Positions 1 to 8,940 of a DNA stretch of 58,837 bases are shown here, in pieces. The notes below the pieces were generated by a model, which saw only the letters and a list, made by a program, of their open reading frames with translations, was not told the DNA's origin and ran no database searches. A program made the translations under genes and the position numbers. Source of the DNA: a virus (taxonomy: Duplodnaviria > Caudoviricetes). How positions within the stretch are numbered: the first letter of the stretch is position 1; every line of letters starts with the position of its first letter. The DNA lies in IMG/VR virus record IMGVR_UViG_3300046170_000296, positions 1 through 58,837 of that record; one strand, 5' to 3'.

Positions 1-19
1 ATGCTTCTTTTATTTTCAT
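1..19 (-). CDS. N-terminus (MKIKEA) of the Gp88-like gene that continues from the right end of the window
   Basis: ATG at 19-17 with an AGAAAG RBS-like sequence upstream; reads ATG AAA ATA AAA GAA GCA T. Confidence 0.7.
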
Positions 20-21
20 AA

Positions 22-219
22 TTATATCTTTCTGTTGAATCTATTTTTAACACGGGTCCCTGGTTTATGCAACTTAAAAGCTTGAGGCTTGTTGCTTGAG
101 GCTTGTTGCTTGACGCTCAACTCTTTAAAAAATTTACGGCAATGGTCCAGGTAACCTTGCGGCAGCTCCTGATGCGGCCGCAAGAAATAATGGGTGAGAT
201 AGTTATTCTTTATCTTCAT
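22..219 (-). CDS. Small hypothetical protein containing heptamer-encoded KQQASSNKPQA
   Basis: ORF track; sits in a run of closely packed minus-strand genes. Confidence 0.6.
   Translation of the reverse strand: MKIKNNYLTHYFLRPHQELPQGYLDHCRKFFKELSVKQQASSNKPQAFKLHKPGTRVKNRFNRKI
80..114 (+). repeat. GCTTGNN heptamer tandem array (5 copies)
   Basis: gcttgag gcttgtt gcttgag gcttgtt gcttgac. Confidence 0.95.
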
Positions 220-349
220 CCGGGAACCTTTTTGCCATCTTCTCCTGATCAGCCTTCACCAGCCGCAGGACCTCTTCCAGGGCGTCCGCTATTCGCATTA
301 ATTGCGTAGCTTCACCCGTTGTCCAGTTTCTTTTATTTTCATTATCCAT
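203..349 (-). CDS. 48-aa hypothetical early protein (MDNENKRNWTTGEATQLMRIADALEEVLRLVKADQEKMAKRFPDEDKE)
   Basis: Manually translated; GAAAGGA RBS and a sigma70-type promoter directly upstream. Confidence 0.7.
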   Translation of the reverse strand: MDNENKRNWTTGEATQLMRIADALEEVLRLVKADQEKMAKRFPDEDKE

Positions 350-368
350 AATTATTCCTTTCAATTGT

Positions 369-397
369 ATCCTATACTATCCTGACCCAGCTGTCAA
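369..397 (-). promoter_or_regulatory. Sigma70-type early promoter TTGACA-N17-TAGGAT
   Basis: TTGACA at 397-392 and TAGGAT at 374-369 on the minus strand, spacing 17. Confidence 0.75.
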
Positions 398-399
398 GC

Positions 400-424
400 G
401 CTTGCTGCTTGGAGCTTGAAGCTT
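400..424 (+). repeat. GCTTGNN heptamer array (3-4 copies)
   Basis: gcttgct gcttgga gcttgaa gctt. Confidence 0.85.
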
Positions 425-442
425 TTACCCGTTGCGCCTCCT

Positions 443-909
443 GATCAGGGAACTCGGCGCACCATGGTGTTACACACATTGCTACCTTGCGGATCATCGC
501 TAACGAACAGGGAAATGCCAGAGGCAAGATTTGGTCGCTGGTGTACTCTTACTGATACTATTATTAGCAGGACCCTGAGTTGAGGCCGGCGTGCTTTATT
601 TTAACAGCCCGGGCAACAGGCCTAACAAGTTATCACTTGTCAGGGTCCAGCAAATAACAGGACCATTACACAAAGTCATAGGTAATGGTCCTTTGATCAG
701 TCACTATGCTACGAGGGTAGTCATGTCGCCTCCCATTGCATGACATACAGATATCCTGGCGAAATACCCTTGTTATAGTGTTTATCTCCACAGTCAATAA
801 TGACTGATCCCAGATCCAATTTACCAGTTCTAAAGCATAGCTGAACTTACTATCCATTGGATCAGGGATCAGTAGCACTCAATGGCTCTCTTCCAGAGTG
901 CTAATGATC
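443..909. ncRNA. Putative structured non-coding RNA: array of stem-loop modules
   Basis: Inverted repeats at 561-578/640-657, 659-669/682-692, 695-703/801-809, 804-820/856-872 and 867-880/896-909, plus weaker 459-464/539-544. No convincing ORF. A minus-strand promoter at ~961 points into it. Confidence 0.65.
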
Positions 910-930
910 TTTTACTTGTTTAGAGTAATT

Positions 931-971
931 AATATATAATCCTTGACAATCCTATTGTCAAGTAGTAAAAC
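931..971. promoter_or_regulatory. Overlapping divergent sigma70-type promoters in palindrome CTTGACAAT-CCT-ATTGTCAAG
   Basis: Plus strand TTGACA 943-948, N17, TAAAAC. Minus strand TTGACA 961-956 followed by an AT-rich -10-like TATAT stretch. Confidence 0.7.
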
Positions 972-1005
972 AAAAAAATAAAAATTAATTAACAGAAAGG
1001 TCAAA

Positions 1006-1967
1006 ATGACAAAAATAAGAATGAATACAGAGTTGCGAAACAAACTCTTTAATAAAATAAAAAATGTCTTTGAAAACGAGGACACTCAAGAACGAGAGGC
1101 ATACTTACAATCAAGAGAAAATGTTGATCTTGAATATAGTGTTGCACATAACCTTGCAAAGAGAGTTGTGTCAAGATCATATCCACCAGAAGATGTTGCA
1201 GTATTAAGAACTTTCAAAAAGAAATATGGAAGTCCTTGTGATGTTGTAGCAAAAGATAAATGCTTTTACTTTGCTCACAATGAGGGTGTTGATGATGAGG
1301 GCGAACCAACAGAAACAAAATCACATTTTGATTTTGGTTTGTTTGGTAATCTAAATGGTAGTGAGTATGATAGTGAGGAGGGTAAAAAGTTTGCGTTTGC
1401 ATATTACCGAGAAGAACTAAAAGCTATGGATTGCAACCCAGATATCTATGCACAACAATCCGATAACAAGGACAACCCACACAAAACAAAACATGTTGAG
1501 GCATGTATGAAAGCACTCGGATATAGTAATGGTTATAATAGTAGTAATGCTACAGGCATGAATAAAACTTTTAATGACCAATACTATCTTGATGTAATTG
1601 GAACATCTTATTGCAGATCAAGAGCAATCGCATGTACTAAAGATGAGTATGAAACTTTTAATGATTGGCGAATTGCAAAAGGTAATGTTGTATCAAAACA
1701 CCAAACTTGGATTGATACAATTCAAAAACAATGCGATCAATTAAAATTGGATTGAAAGCATACAGGTATTTGAGTGAGGGGATAGAACTTGCAACTGAAC
1801 TTGGAATACAAGTTGATGAGGCAGAGTTAATTAGAACTAACTCAACAGGTTTGACTATCTACAATCCAAGCAACTTGGCTAGTATGATTAAAGGCATGAA
1901 GAACAAACATCAATCAAGAGAGGCGAAGATATTGGCTAGAAAAAAATATGAAGAAAGTCTAAATTAA
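1006..1967 (+). CDS. Hypothetical early protein (~320 aa; indel near 1745 joins ORFs 1006-1755 and 1731-1967)
   Basis: AGAAAGG RBS; reading continues CDQLK-IGLKAYRY after a 1-nt shift in an A-run. Confidence 0.75.
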
Positions 1968-1970
1968 AGT

Positions 1971-2000
1971 TTGACAATTAGGGACTATCTGTAATAGGAT
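1971..2000 (+). promoter_or_regulatory. Early promoter TTGACA-N18-TAGGAT overlapping an inverted repeat
   Basis: ttgaca attagggactatctgtaa taggat; ggactatc/gatagtcc inverted repeat; AGAAAGG RBS follows. Confidence 0.65.
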
Positions 2001-2026
2001 AGTCCTAATAACTAGAAAGGTATAAT

Positions 2027-2215
2027 ATGATAAAAGATAAAACATTTAGAATAACTTACAAAAAATCAAATGGCGAAACTATTACAAGGTTTGGAAAGTT
2101 TGATGACAAATGCAGATATTGGACTAGTAAAGTTGGTAGTGCATTAATCACTTATTTTGATTTAGACAAACAAGGATATAGAACTGCCAAAGGCAAATGG
2201 GAAGTGAGGTACTAA
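2027..2215 (+). CDS. Small hypothetical protein (possible WYL/SH3-like fold)
   Basis: ORF with RBS; FRITYKKSNGETITR...YFDLDKQGYRT pattern. Confidence 0.7.
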   Translation: MIKDKTFRITYKKSNGETITRFGKFDDKCRYWTSKVGSALITYFDLDKQGYRTAKGKWEVRY

Positions 2216-2540
2216 TGAAACTATTAGGAATATTAATAGGATTTATAATTGCAATGTTAGGATTAATTATTGCAATACATTCAACTAGTCATGTCGTTGG
2301 ATTACTAATGTTATTCGGTGGCATGTATTTAACTTTAAGGTTGTCTACCTGCTTATGGAGAAAGGTTATTATAATGGCTCAACAGAACGAAGAACATCTA
2401 GAAGTAATAAGCAAGAACAAGGCGAAAGCCTACGAAGAACAAAAGTCCATGCGTCAAGAATTAATAGATTGGATTAATAGTTGTAGTGCAATGCACATGC
2501 AAGAACTACACTAGTGAAATGAGAAGAATGAAAAGGAGTT
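2215..2540 (+). CDS. Probably two small genes: a two-TM membrane peptide (from 2215) and a short helical protein (from 2373); boundaries blurred by indels
   Basis: ORF 2197-2514 has a hydrophobic N-half, then GGAGAAAGG RBS before MAQQNEEH. Confidence 0.5.
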
Positions 2541-2543
2541 GGA

Positions 2544-2894
2544 ATGCCAAATAAACATTTTTGCCAAGGACCAAGATGTCATGAACAAGTTACAACAGAT
2601 AGATTTCTAAAATCTAGAGGTGTGATTAGAGGTCGTTATGCATATGCAACACTAGACCAAGGACCAAATCAATGGGGGTGGCAAGCACCAGACTCAGATA
2701 AATATTTCTGTAGTCAATCATGTAAATTTAGTTGGTTATCATTGAACATGGAAAACATTGAACATGGTCGACCGATTGAGTTCATCAGACACAGACGAGA
2801 GAGCCAAGGTTATGCCAAGGTCAAGAACGAAGAAGATCGTTGGGGTCCAGAATATTCTATTCAAAGGGTTGACAATGGACAGATTGTAGAGTAG
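2544..2894 (+). CDS. Hypothetical Zn-binding protein (CQGPRC...FCSQSC)
   Basis: ORF with AAGGAG RBS; two Cys pairs. Confidence 0.75.
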   Translation: MPNKHFCQGPRCHEQVTTDRFLKSRGVIRGRYAYATLDQGPNQWGWQAPDSDKYFCSQSCKFSWLSLNMENIEHGRPIEFIRHRRESQGYAKVKNEEDRWGPEYSIQRVDNGQIVE

Positions 2895-2897
2895 GAT
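2869..2897 (+). promoter_or_regulatory. Early promoter TTGACA-N17-TAGGAT
   Basis: ttgaca atggacagattgtagag taggat, followed by AGAAAGG RBS. Confidence 0.75.
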
Positions 2898-2921
2898 TAT
2901 CCTATTAACAGAAAGGAATAT

Positions 2922-3149
2922 ATGACAACAGAAAGAACAGAAGAACGTAAGAACAGATTTAATGGCGAGTCTGTTATGCTTACAAAAGAAGAGGCGAGAA
3001 GACATGATTGTATTTTCTTAGCTGAAGTAATGGCAACGTTGGACGATAAGAAAGTCGGACACGGTGCGTCCAAGCATTGGGATATAATGCGTGAACACTT
3101 GAATTGGTTTCCGCTGAACATAACGCGAAAGCATATATGGTTCTACTAG
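2922..3149 (+). CDS. Hypothetical early protein (C-terminus probably frameshifted)
   Basis: ORF with RBS and promoter. Confidence 0.7.
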   Translation: MTTERTEERKNRFNGESVMLTKEEARRHDCIFLAEVMATLDDKKVGHGASKHWDIMREHLNWFPLNITRKHIWFY

Positions 3150-3168
3150 ACTAGAACCAACCTTTCTT

Positions 3169-3198
3169 GCCCTGGTCCCTCAATAGAGGTACCAGGGC
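3169..3198 (+). terminator. GC-rich hairpin closing the early operon
   Basis: gccctggt...accagggc with inner cctc-aata-gagg; no strong U-tract. Confidence 0.5.
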
Positions 3199-3366
3199 GC
3201 TCTCTAAATTTGAATTTTTATTATTATTAATATATAGATATGTATATAAAGGGGTCCCAGTATCATGCATTTATGCTAAGTTACATAAATACATAGCTGT
3301 AAAATACTTTTGGACTTTCTAAATTAAAGCTGTAAAAATTTTTTAGAAAATTTTTTCGAATGAGTT

Positions 3367-4839
3367 ATGGATATAGATAAGTTAAAAAAGTTTGAGAAAT
3401 TACCACCTGATGTAAAAAGACAATTAGCTTTGTATATGGCTAAATGGAAAGACAAGAAAAAAGAAGCTGATATTAGAGATGACTTTATGGCTTTTGTAAA
3501 ACACGTCTGGCCAGATTTTATTGAAGGATCACATCACAAACAAGTTGCTAAAAAATTTAATGATATAGCAAAAGGTAAAGTTAAACGTGTAATTATTAAT
3601 ATGGCACCTAGACATACAAAGTCTGAGTTTGCATCATATCTATTACCTGCTTGGATGGTAGGTCGTAATCCTAAATTAAAAATTATTCAATCAACTAACA
3701 CAACTGAATTATCTGTAAGGTTTGGTCGTAAGGCTAAACAACTTATGGATTCTCCAGAATACAAAGAAGTATTTCAAACAAGACTCAAAGAAGATTCTCA
3801 AGCTGCTGGTAAATGGGAAACCCAACAAGGTGGTGAATACTATGCTGCTGGTGTTGGCTCCGCAATTACTGGTCGTGGTGCCGATCTCTTGATTATTGAT
3901 GACCCACATACTGAACAAGATGCAATGAATGCTCAAGCGTTAGATAGAACTTATGAATGGTATACATCTGGTCCACGTCAACGTCTTCAACCTGGTGGAA
4001 CAATTGTAATTGTAATGACGCGTTGGAATGAAAAAGATTTAGCAGGTCGTTTGATTAAAGCACAAAAAGAACCTAAAGCTGATCAATGGGAAGTAATTGA
4101 GTTCCCTGCAATCCTACCAAACAAAAAACCCCTGTGGCCTGAATACTGGAACTTGAAGGATTTAGAAGCGGTCAAAGCATCTATCCCTCTTTCAAAATGG
4201 AATGCACAATACATGCAGAACCCAACCGGTGAAGAAGGTGCCATGATAAAAAGAGAATGGTGGCAAGATTGGGAAAAAGATTTACCACCGCTAGAACATG
4301 TTATTCAATCTTATGATACAGCGTTTATGAAAAAACAAACTGCCGACTATTCTGCTATTACTACCTGGGGTGTGTTCACACCATCTGAGGATAGTGGACA
4401 ATGTTTGATATTACTAGATGCAATTAAAGATAGATATGAGTTTCCTGAACTAAGACGTGTTGCTATGGAACAGTATGGTTACTGGAAGCCTGAGACCGTA
4501 ATCATTGAGTCTAAAGCATCTGGACTGCCTCTAACTTATGAGTTGCGGAAAATGGGGATACCTGTTATAAACTTCACACCCTCTAAAGGTAACGATAAAC
4601 ATACGAGGGTTAACAGTGTCTCTCCGCTGTTTGAGTCAGGGAGAATATGGGCGCCCAAAGATATGGACTTTGCACAGGAAGTTATCGAAGAATGTGCAGC
4701 CTTTCCATATGGAGATCACGACGATTTAGTGGATTCCATGACCCAAGCTGTTATGAGATTTAGACAAGGTGGTTTGATTCAACACCCTGAAGACTATCAG
4801 GATGAAGAAACGCCACAACAACAAAGGACGTATTACTAG
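3367..4839 (+). CDS. terL: Terminase large subunit
   Basis: Walker A-like MAPRHTKS, Walker B LLIIDDP, VMTRW motif, C-terminal nuclease FPYGDHDDLVDS. Confidence 0.97.
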   Translation: MDIDKLKKFEKLPPDVKRQLALYMAKWKDKKKEADIRDDFMAFVKHVWPDFIEGSHHKQVAKKFNDIAKGKVKRVIINMAPRHTKSEFASYLLPAWMVGRNPKLKIIQSTNTTELSVRFGRKAKQLMDSPEYKEVFQTRLKEDSQAAGKWETQQGGEYYAAGVGSAITGRGADLLIIDDPHTEQDAMNAQALDRTYEWYTSGPRQRLQPGGTIVIVMTRWNEKDLAGRLIKAQKEPKADQWEVIEFPAILPNKKPLWPEYWNLKDLEAVKASIPLSKWNAQYMQNPTGEEGAMIKREWWQDWEKDLPPLEHVIQSYDTAFMKKQTADYSAITTWGVFTPSEDSGQCLILLDAIKDRYEFPELRRVAMEQYGYWKPETVIIESKASGLPLTYELRKMGIPVINFTPSKGNDKHTRVNSVSPLFESGRIWAPKDMDFAQEVIEECAAFPYGDHDDLVDSMTQAVMRFRQGGLIQHPEDYQDEETPQQQRTYY

Positions 4840-4841
4840 CT

Positions 4842-6285
4842 ATGGCTAATCCTATCAAAATTTATAAAACACTTGAAGAAGCATATAATGCTTTACTAAA
4901 AGGTTTTAGGTCTATTAAAAACAGAGATCCAGATATAATTGAAAACCAAATGCTTAAAGCAGAAGCTGAAGGTAAGATTAAATCTCAAGGTGATAACATT
5001 TCTATTTTTCCAGAAGGAAAACCTGAAGGCATCATGAGTCAGGCTCCAGGAATTAAATCTGGTGAAGTCGTTGAAGCTGTATTTAAACCTGGAATGGATA
5101 AGAGAGGTAAGATGGTAAAAGAATCACCGAGTCAAAGACAAGCTGATTTAGATAGACCATTTGTAACTGAAGATGAAATGTCTGCATTTACCATGGAAGA
5201 GAATGCAAGAAAATTAAATAAAGCTAAAGGCTTCATTGATAAGTTAGGTGCAAAATCTACAAGACAAAAATTATTTATAGCAGACTTAGTTGAAGACGCA
5301 GGTACAGGTGTATTTCAAGATGTAGATATGGGTGCAGTTGTTAGATCTAATATGTTTGATGACTTATTAGAACAAGGTATTGATGATGATTTACTTACAA
5401 ACATTATGTACTCAGGAACTAAATCAGATGACTTTGCAACTACACTTGCAAAGAATAAAATCAAACGCTAGAGATGAAGGTGTTGATATAGATGAGACTG
5501 TAGATTTCTATGAAAGAGTTTTTGATGAAGTAGCTAGAGTTAAAAAAGCTATGGGTGGTAGAATAGGTTATGCTGTTGGTAGTTTACCAAAAGGAATTCA
5601 AAAGTTAGTACAAGCTCTAAATAAAAAATTTGGTAAAGACACAGTGAAGACTGCTGATGAAATGGATAGACCTAAAGATGTACAAGCATTTGATGACTTT
5701 GAAACTAGAAATCCAAATCCAAAAAGACAATTAACAGATGATGAGATTAGAGATTATGAAACTGAGTTAGGTGATAGTGAAACTTGGATGAATGATGGCA
5801 CTGTTGGTGAAGCTGAAAAAGCTTTAAAAGATCGTAGAGAATTTATAGCTGATATGGAATTACAATATAAAAAAGGTGAACTAGATCCAGGACCAGGTGA
5901 AAAAGGTAGAAAAGAATTTTTACAAAATAAAATGGATGAGATGGAAGCAAGTGGTGATAAAAGATTAATGACACCAGATGAGATTGATGAGCTGTCTACA
6001 TTTGATATGGGTACAGAGTTAGAAGGACTAAGATCTTTAGGTGCAAATAAATTAGCAGAACGATTCGAACTTAAACAAAGGTTTCCAGGTTTAGATGATG
6101 CATTAATAGATAGAATTTTAGTTGATGATAATCCACAAAGAAAAGCCGAAGTACTAGCAACTATAGAAGAGTCTTATAAAATGTTAGAAAAAGGAATGGA
6201 TCCAGGAGATATTATTGAAACATTTAAAAATACATCTAGACGTAAAAATGCACAAGGCGGCCTAAACTACTTGATGGGACTATAA
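4842..6285 (+). CDS. Hypothetical, probably virion-associated protein (indel near 5450 joins two ORFs); carries AMGGRIGY and AQGGL motifs
   Basis: ORFs 4842-5471 and 5380-6285 overlap in different frames and read continuously as FATTLA-RIKSNARDE. Confidence 0.7.
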
Positions 6286-8774
6286 TGTCTGAAGTAAACA
6301 AGATAGCAAACTACAATCAAATGATGTCTTGGTTAACAAGACCATCTACACCTCAAACAGAAACTAGAGAAAACTTTGCTGAAGCAGGATCTGCTAAAGG
6401 AAGATTTTCTAAAGACACAAACAAAGGAAGGCTAAGAGAGTATTTAAATAATTTATCAAAAGGATCAACAATCAATAGACAAGAACTTATAAAAAAATTT
6501 AACATGGAAAAAGCTGCAGGGTCAGTTAGTGAAGTTTTAAATGAATTTCCAAATAAATTTAATTTTATTAATCCTGTAAAAGGAGTTTCAAAAGGTCCTC
6601 AAATAAAAGCAACTCAATCTCAAAAAAATTTAGCACCTTTATTATTTGATAAGGAATATGATGAACTTACAATAAATGAAAGAAGTAAAATTACTTCTGG
6701 TAAATTTGATAAAAATACAATGACTCCAATTAGAAGAGCTAAAATGTATGATCCTATTGCTTTAAGAGATTTTGGAAAAAAATGGAGTGAATTAACTGAA
6801 AAAGAAAAAGAAAGACTTAGAGATGGTAAAGGACCTGTTGATCCCAATAGAATTCCAACTAATAAAGCAAAAGTACAAAAAGAATTGTTAGAGTTATCCA
6901 AAGATCCAGAAATTATGGATATATTTAAAAACCCTAATAGAACTAAGTCACAATACACAAAAGATCTTACAAGAGTAAAAAAAATACTTGGAAAAGATAC
7001 TAATGCTGTTGCTAGATTAACACAACTTGCCTCTGCTATATTAGGAGACACTCCTGTCCCTGGTATATCTACAGAATTAAAAGAAGGTGCAGATGTTATT
7101 TATAATAATTTACCACATACAAAAACTCAAAGAGACTTAGATGAATTAAAAATAGGTAAGAGTGTTGGTGAAAAAAGTATTAAAACAACAAAATCAGAAA
7201 TAAGAAAATCACCTGGTTATGTTTTTAGTGGAGACTACAATATTGATGAAGTTGGAGGTGCCACTTCTTCTGTAAGAAGAGGAACTACACCTTATGGAAT
7301 TTTTGGACAGATAATAGACAGAGATATAAATAAAAAAGATAAAATGTCTTTTGATGGTAATAAATCAAAAAAAGAAAAAACATTACAAGATGCAATCAAA
7401 ACTAAAAATCCAAAATTAATTAATGAAGCTCTTAGAGATTTTAACAAATTAGTTTCTGACTATGAACAAAAAATAAATAAAGATATTCCTAAAGGTGATC
7501 TTAAAGTAAGATTATTTAAAGCATCTTTAGATAGTCCTAAAAACACAATAAAAAATTTTGATAATTTTAATCCTGAATATAAAAAAGCTTTTTTAAATAA
7601 TTATAAAAATAAAGGTTATTCTTTTAATGTTCCAAAAGATATTAAAACTATTCCACAAATAGCACAAGACGTGCAGAATCCAAAAATAATACAAAAAATT
7701 GGACAACGTGCAGAAGCAGGAAGTGCAAGATTATATTCTAAATTACTTCCAGGATTAGAACAAATAGCACAAGGAATAAAAAACATTCCTGATGATATTG
7801 CAAAGAAAAAATATTTTACGCTAGGTTTAAAAGCATTAGGTCCACTTGGAACTTACATTGCAGTTGACGATACTTATGAAGCATTGAAAGCAGGGAGACC
7901 TGTTGCCGAAGCCCTGGAGTATGGTTTGATTGGAACTAATCTAATTGGTTCTGCAAAAGATTTAATGGCTCTATCTCCTGAAGAAAGAGAAGCAAGATCT
8001 GTTGTTAAACAAGCTGAGATGGCTGATCAAATTGCTCAAGACGAATCTATGTTAGATAGTGATTTTGAAACTCCAAAAGTTAAATCGGATTTAACTAGAG
8101 AAGAAGCAGAAGAAAAATTTGAAGCTGCTAAAGCTAGAAGAAAACTTGAAAGAGAATCACAAGAAGCAGACATTGCTAAAGCAAGAGCTATTAGTATGAG
8201 TGGTTTAAAAGATTTAATAACAGGTAAAAGATTTGCAGGTCAAGAAATACCAACACAATATATGGCGGCAGGTGGACGTATGGGTTTTGCAGATGGACCC
8301 GATGATCCTTCAAGAAGAAAGTTTATGAAAATTGCTGGAGGTATTGCATCTATACCATTAGTAGGTAAATATTTAAAACCTGCAATGGTTGCTGCACCTA
8401 AAGTTGTAGAAGTAGTCAAAAGAAGCGCTGATGGTATTCCTGAATTTATTGGAGACCTAGTTACTAAAGTTGTGTCCTTTGGAAAGAAAAACTTTACTGG
8501 TAATAGAGCAGATGAATTTGCTGACCAATATAGATTAGATGATTATGTTGTTACACAACAAGGTAATAAAACAACAATTCAAAAATTTGATGATCCTGAT
8601 AATCCTAATTATAAAGAGTATGAAATAGAATTAGAAACTGACCCTGAGACCGGAGGCGTGACTTATAACGAAGCAAGCGTAAGACCTGATGCAGAAGGCA
8701 AGTTAAAAGACGTAGAAGAATTTATAGATGATGTAGATTTAGAAGATATGAGAAAATATACTTATGATGAATAA
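6285..8774 (+). CDS. Large hypothetical protein (829 aa) with AAGGRMGFADG motif and internal Tat-like SRRKFMK
   Basis: ORF track; lies between terL and portal. Confidence 0.8.
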   Translation: MSEVNKIANYNQMMSWLTRPSTPQTETRENFAEAGSAKGRFSKDTNKGRLREYLNNLSKGSTINRQELIKKFNMEKAAGSVSEVLNEFPNKFNFINPVKGVSKGPQIKATQSQKNLAPLLFDKEYDELTINERSKITSGKFDKNTMTPIRRAKMYDPIALRDFGKKWSELTEKEKERLRDGKGPVDPNRIPTNKAKVQKELLELSKDPEIMDIFKNPNRTKSQYTKDLTRVKKILGKDTNAVARLTQLASAILGDTPVPGISTELKEGADVIYNNLPHTKTQRDLDELKIGKSVGEKSIKTTKSEIRKSPGYVFSGDYNIDEVGGATSSVRRGTTPYGIFGQIIDRDINKKDKMSFDGNKSKKEKTLQDAIKTKNPKLINEALRDFNKLVSDYEQKINKDIPKGDLKVRLFKASLDSPKNTIKNFDNFNPEYKKAFLNNYKNKGYSFNVPKDIKTIPQIAQDVQNPKIIQKIGQRAEAGSARLYSKLLPGLEQIAQGIKNIPDDIAKKKYFTLGLKALGPLGTYIAVDDTYEALKAGRPVAEALEYGLIGTNLIGSAKDLMALSPEEREARSVVKQAEMADQIAQDESMLDSDFETPKVKSDLTREEAEEKFEAAKARRKLERESQEADIAKARAISMSGLKDLITGKRFAGQEIPTQYMAAGGRMGFADGPDDPSRRKFMKIAGGIASIPLVGKYLKPAMVAAPKVVEVVKRSADGIPEFIGDLVTKVVSFGKKNFTGNRADEFADQYRLDDYVVTQQGNKTTIQKFDDPDNPNYKEYEIELETDPETGGVTYNEASVRPDAEGKLKDVEEFIDDVDLEDMRKYTYDE

Positions 8775-8940
8775 ATACCCAAAGAAACACTTATTACCTC
8801 CTGAGTCCGGACCCACGCCTCAGGGGTTGAATATTACATATAATACTGTTAAAACAGTCAAACAATCTGGAGAAAAAATAAATGGCGGATATAGACAAAG
8901 CACTTCCCAACGAAGTCAGAAAAGAATTCGAACTTCCTAG
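8764..8940 (+). CDS. Small hypothetical protein (58 aa; LPPESGPTPQGL)
   Basis: Manually translated; fills the gap before the portal and overlaps its start. Confidence 0.45.
   Translation: MMNKYPKKHLLPPESGPTPQGLNITYNTVKTVKQSGEKINGGYRQSTSQRSQKRIRTS

Noticed and set aside
666-878. 70-aa minus-strand ORF and 68-aa plus-strand ORF at 103-309
   Set aside because: No RBS and atypical composition. The first overlaps the hairpin array and the second is antisense to better-supported genes.
443-909. CRISPR array, tRNAs, or hammerhead/HDV ribozyme in the hairpin region
   Set aside because: No identical direct repeats with spacers, no cloverleaf or TTC-loop, no CUGANGA core, and HDV helix order and P1.1 GG are not satisfied.
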